A stretch of DNA of 64,000 nt, from positions 54,498,001 to 54,562,000 of the forward strand of contig NC_043002.1 in the NCBI RefSeq assembly GCF_006345805.1. Direction: 5' to 3'. How positions within the stretch are numbered: position 1 is the first letter of the stretch; each line of letters opens with the position of its first letter. Positions 24,500 to 36,330 of the stretch are shown piece after piece. The notes under the pieces were generated by a model. That model was not told the origin of the DNA. It saw only the letters and a list, made by a program, of their open reading frames with translations, and did not search any database. Source of the DNA: Octopus sinensis. Lineage: Eukaryota. Made by a program: the position numbers and the translations under genes.

Positions 24500-25250
24500 A
24501 GTTATTTTTGGACCAAAAAGTGTCAATATCCTCCCATTCAAGTTTCACAGCATCTCAACTTGGTCAGATTTTACAAATTTTCTTCAGACAAGTGCCCAAT
24601 ACATGCCAAATATTCTGTATGAGTTTCATATTCGGACTCTTACCCAGCCAGTTAATTATTTCCATGGAATCTTTCTGTTGCTTTTGCAGTATGGGCAATG
24701 GTATTGAGTCATGTTGAAAAATGATTTCTGTCTTTTTTTTTTTTCACCAGAAAATAATTTTTGCAGACTGGAAAGTTATCCTTCATCCAATTGTTTTCGG
24801 AATTCCGTGGTAGTAATTGATTGTTCGGTCTTTATAAGTGCCAATACCAGCAGAGGAAAATGCACTAAGGATTCTACCTCTTCCATATTTTACAGTTGTT
24901 GTATACTGAAGGTGAAATCTCTCACCAGCTCTACGAAGTCGAGTTTAAAGCTCTAATCTTGATTAATCTTCGTAGGTGACTTTCTGAAACCAGCCTGAAT
25001 CACAGTTACCATACTTGGCCAAAAAGTGCAATTTGACCTTGTATTATCCGGAGCTTCGTAACACATTTTTTATAGCGGGAAACACTAATATCTTTCAAAT
25101 TTCTTGTTATGATTCTTCTGGAAACAACTTTCTTGGCTGTTACTGCAGTTCACAACCATCTTAGTCGGTACTGCAGGATTTTCTTTCTGTTTTGAAGAAC
25201 AAAGTATTTCAGTCTCCCGTCATTTGTGGTGGTAGAAGTTCTAAGTAGTG
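24500..25250 (-). pseudogene. Decayed Tc1-family DDE transposase
   Basis: Minus frames give WFQKVTYED*SR (cf. W..VLWSDESKF), TTVKYGRGRI (cf. TVKHGGGSIM), IFQHDS..AHTAKAT (cf. FQQDNAP.HTA) and NWLGKSPNMKLIQNIW (cf. WPSQSPDLNPIENLW). Confidence 0.85.
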
Positions 25251-25814
25251 CCAAAAGCTTTCTTACTTTGAAATAAAACCAATTTTCTTGATCTATTCTC
25301 TTTATTATAGACAGAAAAATAAATATGGATTTCTTCTTCAGTAACTAATGGATTTCGGAATATGTTATGCTTGGTTTACGAAAAATAGCAATTTGGTTAC
25401 TTTTAAAAATCCACATTAGCATGAAATTTCTTTTTCTTTGAAGGCATCGCTAACTTAAAAGAAAGAAAAGAACATTACATATTACTACCCAAATTGTAGT
25501 TAGAGCTATTTAAGCAGGCAACTTTTGATTTAAGCATAAAAAGAAACATCTAGTACACTTCAATTTAAAAGATACTAAGATACATAGCAATACACTTCTT
25601 GACATTTAAAATGCTTTCTTCAAACTTTTTATTATAAAGAGCATTTTAAAACAAACCTATCATCTACTTTCTATTCGTACAACTTTCATATCATCTGTCT
25701 TGCGTAAGATATTGGGTTCCTAATGACAAAAATGAAAATTTGGGTTTCGTTCAGCGAATTTCTTTTCTTCTCAAAATACTATTAAGAGCGCATAAAGGGA
25801 GTGTTGCAGTAAAT

Positions 25815-26210
25815 GGCTATCCTCAGCGGCATAACTAAATAAATGGAATTTTTAATCAGTAGGACACATTAATATAATTTTACTCAAATACTCCAATAGA
25901 GCAAGAAGACGGAAAGAGTCCATGTTGACACTAATGTGTCTAAGAATATACTACACTGTATATTCTGTTCATTTTTAATTTATTAGTCTTTTAATCAACA
26001 ACCAAAATGAACCACAATCCTTTACAAGCATGCCCCCCCCCACCAAAAAAAATTATACAGTTCTTAGAAGTGTAGTATATTCTTAGCTATATTAGTGGCA
26101 ACATGGATTCTTTCCGTGTTCTTGCTCTATTGGAGCATTTGAGTAGAATTATATTAATGTGTCCAACTGATTAAAATTCTAATTATTTATTTATGCAGCT
26201 GAGGATAGCC
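25815..26210. mobile_element. Foldback MITE with ~143-bp inverted arms
   Basis: 25815-25957 is the reverse complement of about 26069-26210, with ends GGCTATCCTCAGC and GCTGAGGATAGCC. Confidence 0.85.
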
Positions 26211-26414
26211 CTACACTTAAATTGATATAATGATTGTATTGTTCAATTATATGAAGCCGCTTGAAATGGTCGTATTGCATCACCTCTTGATATCCTGTTG
26301 CTTATTTTGATTTTATTCACCTTCTTTTGAGTTGTACCGATAATACCGCACCGATTTGGTGCTTCAAATAAAGTGCCTAACTCATCTGAATCTCAAGTAT
26401 ATATATATATGTTT

Positions 26415-26464
<50 letters not shown>

Positions 26465-26468
<4 letters not shown>

Positions 26469-26848
26469 TACTTTTTACTTGAGTATATTTTACACCGCCT
26501 CGAAGAATTATTTTAGTGGAATGAATTGACCTCAAAACTTATTTCTTTTTAAAGTGTAGTACTTGTTCTATCGGATCTTTTGCAGAACCGATAAATCACA
26601 CGGACGTAAACACACCAACATTGGTTGTCAAGCGGTGGTGGGGACAAATACAGACACAAAGACACACACACACATACACACACACATGCGACGAGCTTCT
26701 TCTAGTTTCCGTCTACCAAATACACTCACAAAGTTTTGGTTGACCCTGGGGCTATTGTAGAAGACACTGGCCCAAGGTGACATGCAGTGGGACTGAACCC
26801 GGAATCATGTGGTTAGGAAGCAAGCTTCTTACTACACAGCACGCCTGT
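26465..26848 (-). mobile_element. SINE family B
   Basis: The reverse complement has the head GGCGTGCTGTGT.GTAAG, a decayed CORE segment and an internal (TG)n. Confidence 0.8.
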
Positions 26849-27457
26849 GGATGTGTGTGCGTACATGCGTGCGCGTGTGTATGTGTATATCCTATTCTCT
26901 TGCAATCGGTGAGGCCGTGTCTTTTAGATAAGATAAACAGAAGAAATAAACTGTATTGACTATTATCCGTTTAGCACTTTCACTTTGTAAAGTCATTCGT
27001 CTGCTTTCTTATTCTTTTACAACAACCATTCTTACTATTGGCGAGTCAACGGATAAGAGGTTTTCATACATGTGTGTGGGTGTACATTTGTGGGTATGAG
27101 TAAATACGTCCGTGTGCTTATATAAGGTTGCGCTATTGCTATTGTTAATCTTTGAAATCGGTGTTGCTACTGTTGTTATTGTTGATGCTGTTTCTTTAGT
27201 TTCTACCTTCATCCCTTCCATATTAGTATATTAACGATCTCTTGGCATTGGCACAATAAAACACTGATTCTGCAACTAATTTTACTGCGCAACGTCTCAA
27301 ATGGCTATAATTGGATCATTTCCAACATCTGAAAATAGCAAGGGTATTTTTTTTTTATATGGTCATATTGGCATTTTCACCGTCACCAGATATTTATTAC
27401 GATCCCGGTCATATCCCATCTCCAGCTTATTGCTCAGTATTGACCCAAAGAATCTTT

Positions 27458-27500
<43 letters not shown>

Positions 27501-27944
27501 GGACGTAGCCAAGATTTCGACCAGGAATGATTCCCGATTAATAAAACAGATCTGCTATTATTACCCGTCAAGTTTACGAAATACAAATACACAGAATTAA
27601 ATTAAATATTAGATAATAAATCATATTTACATAGAGCAACAAAATCAGGGTTCATTCGAAACTGTCAAATCCTATTCCCTAGCAAAAGATAAACGATATA
27701 TATATATACAGTTTATGTAGCAAACGTTATCTTGGTAAATGGTACAACTTACATAATCGTGACGGTTTCGCACTATATGCAATCCTTCATAAGTGTGGGA
27801 ACGAAATTTGCTTTGCGGGTACAAACTCAGGTCCAACCCAGAATGTTTAAAAGTGTTTTCATTGCCTTACACACCCTATAAATGTACCTCCTATTCCCGA
27901 GTCTGTGCAATCTTCCAAGCAACAAACAAGGGAATATAGATATT

Positions 27945-27959
27945 ATTATTATTATTATT

Positions 27960-27996
<37 letters not shown>

Positions 27997-28059
27997 TTGT
28001 TGTTGTTGTCACTATTAATGATGATGATGATGATGATAATAATGATAATAATAATAATA

Positions 28060-28108
<49 letters not shown>
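27945..28108. repeat. Compound microsatellite (ATT)n-(GTT)n-(GAT)n-(AAT)n
   Basis: Direct reading. Confidence 0.95.
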
Positions 28109-28110
<2 letters not shown>

Positions 28111-29035
28111 GGCTAGAAAAACCTCTCAATTGCAAGTACCCAAAGAGAGCTAATAGTGCCGATGTTGACAAAGCCCTTTCCCGTCAATGGTTAGTGGATT
28201 CTGGCTTAAAATCAGAAACAGAATGGTTTATCATAGCAGCTCAAGATCAATGCCTACCTACAAGAAACTACCAGGCCAACATATTAAAGCTGTCCAACAT
28301 GTCGTGTATGTCAACAACAAAATGAAACCATTGATCATGTTGTCTCCATGTGCAGTCTTCTTGCACCTAAAGAGTATCTCAACAGGCATGATAGAGCAGC
28401 ACAATATATTCACTGGGTAATTTGCAAAAACTTGGACCTGCCCCATGATAAAAACTGGTGGGAAACCAAACCACCTCTAGTACTTGAAAATGATCACATC
28501 TTACTTCTCTGGAACTTCACCATTCAAACTGACCGTAGGCCAGACGTTATATTGAAGGACTTCAGACAAAAATCATGCCTCCTCATTGATATAAATGTAT
28601 CTGTCAAGATCTACCCAAAACTGAGCAAGTATAAAGATCTTGAAATAGAAATTGGCAAATTGTAGAACCTCAAGACTATAAAACAATACTTGTTGTCATA
28701 GGTGCCCTAGGAATGATAGCAAAAAGGGCTGATTGCTACCTAGCTCAGATATCAGGAAACCTCAAATTAGTAGAAAATCAAAAGATAGTGCTCATGGGAA
28801 CTGCCCACATCCTACGTAAAATACTATCTATGTAATCTCAAATTTTAAAACAAACTCATAATTTTCTTATGTTTTCTTAAATATTCTCAAGAACAATACT
28901 ATGTGCAAAACCAAATATATGACACCCTAGGCATAACACCAACATGAACTTCTAATTTGTTGCATCTTGAGGTCTCTGGGTGAGACTTGAAGCCAACTTG
29001 TACAAATACAAAGCAAAAGCCAAACATATATTGAT
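28109..29035 (+). mobile_element. 5'-truncated R4/Dong-clade non-LTR retrotransposon (RLE domain + 3' UTR) flanked by (TAA)n
   Basis: LKSETEWFIIAAQDQCLPT, EYLNRHDRAAQYIHW, RPD, SKYKDLEIEI, VIGALGMI. Confidence 0.9.
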
Positions 29036-29056
29036 AATAATAATAATAATAATAAT

Positions 29057-29372
29057 AGCCATGTGTTGAGAGGAATTCTTTGGGGTTTGAATTATTCACC
29101 TCTGGAAACATTAATATTTCGTTCAACATACTTAAACAATTCTTATTCAGGGACCATTTGAGCGGAATGGGTTACTCGGCCTGAAGAAAATTCTAACCTG
29201 CAAGATTATGTGCTATTTATCTTGATATGAAATCACCATGTCGCGCACATGTGGTTGTGATGTACGTACCCATATCAGACGGGTAGTCATAACGGGTGTA
29301 TTGGGCTTCGTACATTTGTACCCTAGTGTCACTTTGATGGCTCACTTACTCACTCCCTTACTCACTCAATAA
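29057..29372 (+). mobile_element. Non-coding repeat X (probable 3' UTR of an R4-like family)
   Basis: Homologous to the reverse complement of 43445-44012 and to 61020-61258. Ends CACTCAATAATAAT. Confidence 0.7.
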
Positions 29373-29390
29373 TAATATTGATAATAATAA

Positions 29391-29780
29391 GGCGGTGAGC
29401 TGGCAGAAACGGGCGAAATGCTTAGCGGTATTTCGTCTGCCGTTACGTTCTGAGTTCAAATTCTGCCGAGGTTGACTTTGCCTTTCATCCTTTCGGGTTG
29501 GATGAATTAAGTACCAGTTACGCACTGGGGTTGATATAATCGACTTAATCCGTTTGTCTGTCCTTGTTTGTCTCTTCTGTGTTTAGCCCCTTGTGGGTAG
29601 TAAATAAATAGGTATTTCATCTGTCGTTACGTTCTGAGTAAATTCCACCGAGGTCAGCTTTGTCTTTCATCCTTTCGGGGTCGATAAATTAAGTACCAGT
29701 GAAACACTGGGGTCGATGTAATTGACTAGTCCCCTCCCACCAAAATTTCAGGCCTTGTGCCTTTAGAAGAAATGATTATT
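29391..29780 (+). mobile_element. SINE family A partial dimer (long-tail unit + headless short-tail unit)
   Basis: Head GGCGGTGAGCTGGCAGAAAC. The central domain occurs twice, each followed by a different tail. Confidence 0.9.
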
Positions 29781-30594
29781 ATTATTATTGATTGTCACGA
29801 TCCATTAATCCTCTCGTCTTTCCATCCATCTATCAATTCGTCCATTCATCCATCCATCCTCCGACCGACATTGTTTCTGTTTATTTGATATTAGACCATT
29901 TCGACAGAATCGGAATCATATAGCAGCTCTACTGACGTACAGATTTATCTTTATTTTTATTTTATTTTACGCAAACAATGGCGATTTTTACGAATCAGAA
30001 ATTTCTAGAGCATCCACCCTGCTATTTTATTGATCTCCAACAATCCAGACACCGAATCGATAAATTCAATTTTTGCTTCAGTATCCGATTTTCAGATGTC
30101 TTCATAGACGTCGTTTCGCTTCTTTCAACAACTTCTATAAAGCAGAATCAGTAGCAATTCTGATTTTTTTTTGTAAAAGGTTAAGAAAGAAAACAAAAAC
30201 AAATGTTTAAAGAAAACGATTCTATTTATTGACTCATTTCCAGAATATTCTACAGATAGCAACATGTGTTAAGATCTAGAGCACTCATACACATACGCGC
30301 AGGCCCATCTGCGTAATGTGCACATATGCAAACACATGCATATTAGTGCGCCCGTCTATGTACACTTATGCAAATACACACGTACTCACACATACAAAAA
30401 TGCATACATATATGTGTCTGTCTGTCTATCTATCTATCTACATATACATACACACACATACATATGTATATACTTATATATACACATCTATATATATATA
30501 TATATATATATAAGTGTGTGTATATATATAAACGCGCAATTATATATATATAGGTGTATATATATGTGTGTGTATGTATATAATACGTATTTAT

Positions 30595-30633
<39 letters not shown>

Positions 30634-31199
30634 GATAGATAGATAGATACATACATACATACATGCACGCATGCATGCATACATACATACATACATACAT
30701 ACATACATACATACATACATACATACATACATACGTATATATGCTTACATGTGTATGTATGTATGTATGTATGTATGTATGCATGCATATCCATATCTAT
30801 TCCAGTGTTATCTTTATTATGACAGACTCTTCATATATTTTCGTATCAGTTTCTTGCTGTCAGTTTGGAACAGTGAAGTTCCCAAATCTATACTCATCAT
30901 TTCCAGACATTCCCACTCTCCTTCCAGAAATTGAAAACAACTTGCATTGTATTTTACTTCTCATACAGTGGCCGAATATTTGTAAACTTTACTGCCATAG
31001 GCTTATACGTCAGTGGTTACGTATGAATTTGTTTTATTGAGGTGATATTTCAGTAGGTCGTGCTTACATAAATATGACCTCATAAAACAAATTAACGCGT
31101 AACTTGCATGTAAATTCAAGAACAAGCTGTCAATGACCAATGTAAAACTGGAAATTGTAAACATCAGAGTTCCAGCTGTTACAGCAGCCATATTATCCT

Positions 31200-31623
31200 T
31201 TATCTCTTACTTGTTTCAGTCAATTATCAGCGGCCATGCAGGAGCACTGCATGGAAGAATTTTAATCGAACGAATCGATCCCAGTATTTAATTCTTTTTT
31301 TAAAAGTCTGGTACTTCTATCATTCACTTTTGTTGGACCGCTAGATCGTACTGACGTTAACACACTAATACCGGCTGTCAAGCGGTGGTGGGGAACAAAC
31401 ACAGAAACAAACACGCACGTGCGCACTCTCTCTCTCTCACACAAACACACATACACACACGACGGGCTTCTTTCAGTTTCCGTCTATCAAATCCACTCAC
31501 AAGGCTTTGGCTGGCCAGTGGCTAAAGTAGGAGACACTTGACCGGAGTGTTACGCAGCGGGACTGAACTCGGAACCGTGTGGATTGGAAACAAACTTCTG
31601 ACCATTCAGTCACGCCTGCGCCT
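31200..31623 (-). mobile_element. SINE family B
   Basis: The reverse complement begins AGGCGCAGGCGTGACTGAATGG and has an internal (TG)/(AG) tract and the family B tail. Confidence 0.8.
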
Positions 31624-32084
31624 ATTATTATTAGTACAACATTCTCTCATAGACTCACCATGCATCTACAACAAGGAGCAATCATCAAACCAAATCACAC
31701 CACACCACGCCACAAAACAAAGATAAATAGAAAAATATTAATGGATAATGTAAAGTAATATTATCGAGCGATTACTGTTTCAATCTCATTCTGAGATTTA
31801 ATAATGCTTATTAATGGATAATATTCTATAAAATCCACACGACAAAACAAAGTTAGAAATATATTTGTGATAATACGTACACACTCTGCGAAATTCCTCG
31901 CAAAAGTAGATTAATCATGAAAGCCATAATCATATCGAAGCATCAAAACAAACATGCCAGCGACTTACCCACCACAAAATTAACAGTTAGTAAATTTGAC
32001 CGCATTCTGCCATAATCCCGTGGTGACGAAAGACTTATGAGTGAATTTTAGATTCGGAAACTGTGTTGAAACCCGTCTATGTGA

Positions 32085-33183
32085 CCTCCTGGTCCACAGT
32101 TTCTTCACTAACCCCACCTCCCAACCTGGCTCATTCCTCTGCTCCCGCCCACGGTGCCGCACTTGCCCCTACCTCTCCAGCACCACCATCATTGCAGGCA
32201 CCCATCATCGTCCCTATCATATCACTGACTCCTTTACCTGCACTTCTAGCAACGACATTTACCGCATCTCCTGCTCTTTCTGTCCTTCTCTGTACATCAG
32301 TCAAAAGGGACACCGTTTGGCTGACCGGTTCGCGGAGCAACTCCGAGACATTAGACTCGGCAATGACACCTCGGTCTTGCGCCATTTCCGCTCTACTGGT
32401 CATTCATTACAACACCTGTGTTCGGATTATCTTTGCACAAAGGCCATCCGGACTCCCACCTTCGCCGTGAACAGGAATTAATCTTCTCTCTTTTCTCCTT
32501 TGCGCCACATGGGTTCAACTCCCCTCCCCTCTTCATCTGACTCTCCTCCTCTCCTCTCTTCATCTAACCCTACTTCCTCTCTTCACTCATGCCCACTTTC
32601 TCCCTTCATTGATACCCCCATCCACCCCCACACATCCCACTCACACATACCCCACCCCTACCCCACATCCCCACGCCCACCCCACACATCACCTTCACAT
32701 TCCCATACCCCACCACCACCCCACCACACCACACACCACCACCCCACATCATTCCGCGCACACTGGCATTGACCACTTCCCAGCACCCACACCATCATCT
32801 ACACACCCACACATTATAGACGCACACACTTACACCCGCACACAAGCACACGTCAAAGTCACCAGCTCCTATCCACACGCATACACTTACACACTCTCAC
32901 ATACACACACGCACGCGCACCTTCATTTTGGGATCACCAGTACTTTTTTATCTCCCCTTCTTCTTAGCTCTCCTGTCTAACTACCTTTGTCCAACCAGTC
33001 GCCATGACTGACCGCTAACTCCAAAAGTGTTTTTATTCTCTCTCTGTTTATTTCCTTGTGTTCTTTTTTTATTGAAGAGGTAGGCTCGAAACCTAAAGGA
33101 CTTTCTCACTCTCCCGAGCGTCAAACTAATACACCTGCCTGTTGTTTATACACCGGTCTTCGTCTTTTGTTTTTCTGTATTTC

Positions 33184-33190
<7 letters not shown>
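32085..33190 (+). mobile_element. Penelope-like element 3' fragment: GIY-YIG endonuclease + pLTR-like end
   Basis: RCRTCPYL..FTCTSSNDIYRISCSFCPSLYISQ..RLADRFAEQ..V.RHF..H. A degenerate hammerhead-like TTGAAGAGGTAGGCTCGAAAC lies near 33072. Confidence 0.85.
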
Positions 33191-33223
<33 letters not shown>

Positions 33224-33289
33224 GAGAGAGAGAGAGAGAGAGAGAGATGAGGAACAGACACTGACAGAAAGATGCACACAGATGTGTGT

Positions 33290-33548
33290 GTGTGTGTATC
33301 TTTGTGTCAGTATTTGTCCCTTACAGGTTGACAACCCGTGCTGGTTTGTTTACGTCCCTGTAAACTAGCGGATCGGCAAAAGACGCCGATAAAATATATA
33401 CCAAACCTTACACAGAAAAAAGTACTGGACCTGATTTGTTCGACTAAAACCTTTCGAATGCGGTGTACCAGCATGACAAACCTTTCATGATGGTGCTCCA
33501 GCATGGCAGTGGTCCAGTGACTAAAAGAAGTGAAAGATAAACGATAAA
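33290..33548 (+). mobile_element. 3' half of SINE family B
   Basis: GTTTACGTCCCTGTAAACTAGCGGATCGGCAAAAGA and a duplicated GGTG(C/T).CCAGCATG. Confidence 0.8.
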
Positions 33549-33630
33549 AGATATGTACTAACTTTTGACTTGCGGGTGATAATCCTAAAATATACAAGAA
33601 TGAATGTATGTATGTATATATGTGTGCATG

Positions 33631-33693
<63 letters not shown>

Positions 33694-34273
33694 TTATCAC
33701 TATATTGTGTAATGAATCCGTCCGTTTTTCTTTTGAGCATGGAGTCCGATATTATGGAGATTCAGTTGCTATTTACACCAGATCAGTCGACCACATTATA
33801 TCCTTCCCACTTCTCATCTTGCCAACGGCGTTTTTTTTTTTTGTATTTTATCTTACAAGCATCGATCAACAGATGTTCAAACAGATCATCAACTGCATTG
33901 AGAATGGGAGCTTACAAAAATGTCATGGCCGTTCTTCCGTCAGTTCATCATCTACACTTCCAACTAATTAATTAGGAAAAAAAAAAAAAAACAGGTTAAA
34001 ATGTGTTGGCGGGAAAATTTTTATCAGATCAGCATCGGAGTATTTCTAGTACGTATTTTATTACTCCCGTCCCCAGTATGATGAAAGACAAAAATCGACT
34101 TTCATTCGTATTGAACTGCCTACTTTACAGTCTCCAGATAGACGATCTTTTGTGTTGGGCTTCTCTACCGTCCTCCTCTACTTTATTGATTGAAACATTT
34201 AATGTATATAACATATATGTATCCTGCAGACTTGCGGGCGATGCGCCTGAGACATACAGACAGATAGAAAGAA

Positions 34274-34316
<43 letters not shown>

Positions 34317-34329
34317 TAGATAAACAGAC

Positions 34330-34389
<60 letters not shown>

Positions 34390-34469
34390 GTTTAGGTTGT
34401 TAGGTGAGTTTAAAAGCACTCATGTGCCTTGTTAAAGAAATTCCATAGTATTATGCTGGGCCAAAGTAT

Positions 34470-34712
34470 CTATTTCTTTACTACCCCCAAGGGGCTAAAC
34501 ACAGAGGGGACAAACAAGGACAGACAAACAAGGACAGACAAACGGATTAAGTCGATTACATCGACCCCAGTGTGTAACTGGTACTTAATTTATCGACCCC
34601 GAAAGGATGAAAGGCAAAGTCGACCTCGGCGGAATTTGAACTCAGAACGTAACGGCAGACGAAATACCGCTAGGTGTTTCGCCTGGCGTGCTAACGTTTC
34701 TGCCCGCTCGCC
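34470..34712 (-). mobile_element. SINE family A, long-tail variant, full length
   Basis: The reverse complement aligns end to end with 41827-42057. Confidence 0.9.
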
Positions 34713-34999
34713 TGGACTAAAGTATCTAACGATGGATTAGCTTCTCCGCGAGAGGAATATGCCAGCCACGAGATATTCTAAAAAATTTCGATTGATGGAT
34801 GGCCTATGTAGATAAATAACTAGCTTGCTAGATAGAAGGATTAATAGTTAAATCTGAAAAAAAAGGGTAAACGTGCTTTGTCAAAGGAGAGATACTATCG
34901 TGGCAAATGAAATATCCAGTGGTATTTGCCAGTAATCTTATCACTCTCTCATAAGACGCACCGCTCTTTTACAAGAACATTTTGTTAAAAAAAAAGACA

Positions 35000-35180
35000 T
35001 AAAAACTAGTGCTTCATTTTGCTTCCCAACAACATGGTTCCGGGTTCGAGTCCACTGCGTGACACCTTGGGAAAGTGTCTTCTACAAGGTTGCAGAGGGG
35101 CTGGCAGGGGAGCGCCAGCGATGGAAAGCACTGGTGGGTCTACTCGGCTCTACACATGATGACGTCTCTGGGACCACTAA
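35000..35180 (+). mobile_element. SINE family B head interrupted by an RTE-like 3' fragment
   Basis: GGTTCGAGTCCACTGCGTGACACCTTGGGAAAGTGTCTTCTAC, then a frame reading EGLAGERQRWKALVGLL (cf. RTE C-terminus A.DR..WR.LV..L). Confidence 0.5.
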
Positions 35181-35426
35181 CTTGGATTGACCCTAGCCCC
35201 ATCAAGGAAGAGCATGAAGCAAACAGCAGCAAGCAGAAGCAGCATATTGCACTAATTGAAAAAGTAATTTAAAGTGGTTTTTATAGGAGAAATGTATGAA
35301 TTTTTTTTTTTTTTTGCATGAAACATACAATACTGTGATAGTAAACTAGAATAAAGGATAAAACCACAAATTTATCGCAAACTACAATATACGAGTACCG
35401 TATTTCAATATTATCTTCGTTCATAA

Positions 35427-35635
35427 GGCGGCGAGCCGGCAGAATCGTTCGCACGCCGGGCAAAATGCTTAGCGGCATTTCGTCCGTCTTGACGTTCAGT
35501 GTTCAAATTTCATCGAGGTCGACTTTACCTTTTATCCTTTCAGAATCGATAAAATAAGTACCAGTTGAAGACTGGGCCCTATGTTATCGTCTTACAGAAA
35601 TGGCTGGCCTTGTGAAAAAATTTGAAACCAATATT
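35427..35635 (+). mobile_element. SINE family A, short-tail variant
   Basis: Head GGCGGCGAGCCGGCAGAATCGTT and the central domain. Confidence 0.85.
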
Positions 35636-36279
35636 ATCTTCTTTCGGATCAACTGTATAGTTGTTTATATTTTGGTCAAGAGAATTGCTATGCAAGATGT
35701 AAAACTCGTACTTTTGGTTATGATGTGTTACCGCGATCGACTAGCAGGATGGTGCATCCCCACTGTAGTTTTATTGTCATCCACACATTGCAGATATCTG
35801 ATATGCAGATGAAACTTCAACATTCCTTTCATCTTACAAGGAGAATTTTCGTTTAGATCATCGAAAAATATTTCTTGAAGGTTATACAGTCATTTAATAA
35901 TGTAAGGCACGTATAACAGCTAGCACTACTACACTATAGAATTTGTTCTTCCCGTTTACAGACAGTAGAGACGTAATCTGAGGGCGAATTGGTTGTTATT
36001 TCTAGCATATCGAACGACCATACAGAAGCATTTCAACACTCCCAAATCCTCTTGGTTAATTGTAGTTCTGGTTATGTGTGTATGTGTGTATATACATTTA
36101 TGTATACATATATGTATATGTGTGTGTATACATATTATGTATATGTGTGTGTGTATGCATATTGTCACATCGAAATTGATTACTTTCATATGTAGTACTC
36201 AATACGAAATATGAGCGTAGAGTTTCATATTTTAAAAAATGTAAACATTTGCACTCCTATCGTTTCGCCTCTTGGTCAT

Positions 36280-36330
36280 TTTGGGCGCATCTTGAAGACG
36301 ACCAGGCGTCGAAACGATCGTAGCGCAAAC
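36280..36330 (+). ncRNA. Degenerate minimal hammerhead motif
   Basis: GCGC-AUC-UUGAAGA-C-GAC(CAGGC)GUC-GAAAC-GAUC-GUA-GCGC. Helix III is the palindrome ACGAUCGU and C3 is replaced by U. Confidence 0.5.

Noticed and set aside
27760-27822. Minus-strand hammerhead-like CTTATGA..GCA(TATAG)TGC-GAAAC-C-GTC
   Set aside because: The core is mutated and helix I is not convincing. It is a possible PLE relic but is not supportable.
30800-30945. Possible additional R4-like fragment on minus (NFTV..TD-like)
   Set aside because: It is too short and degenerate to call without an alignment.
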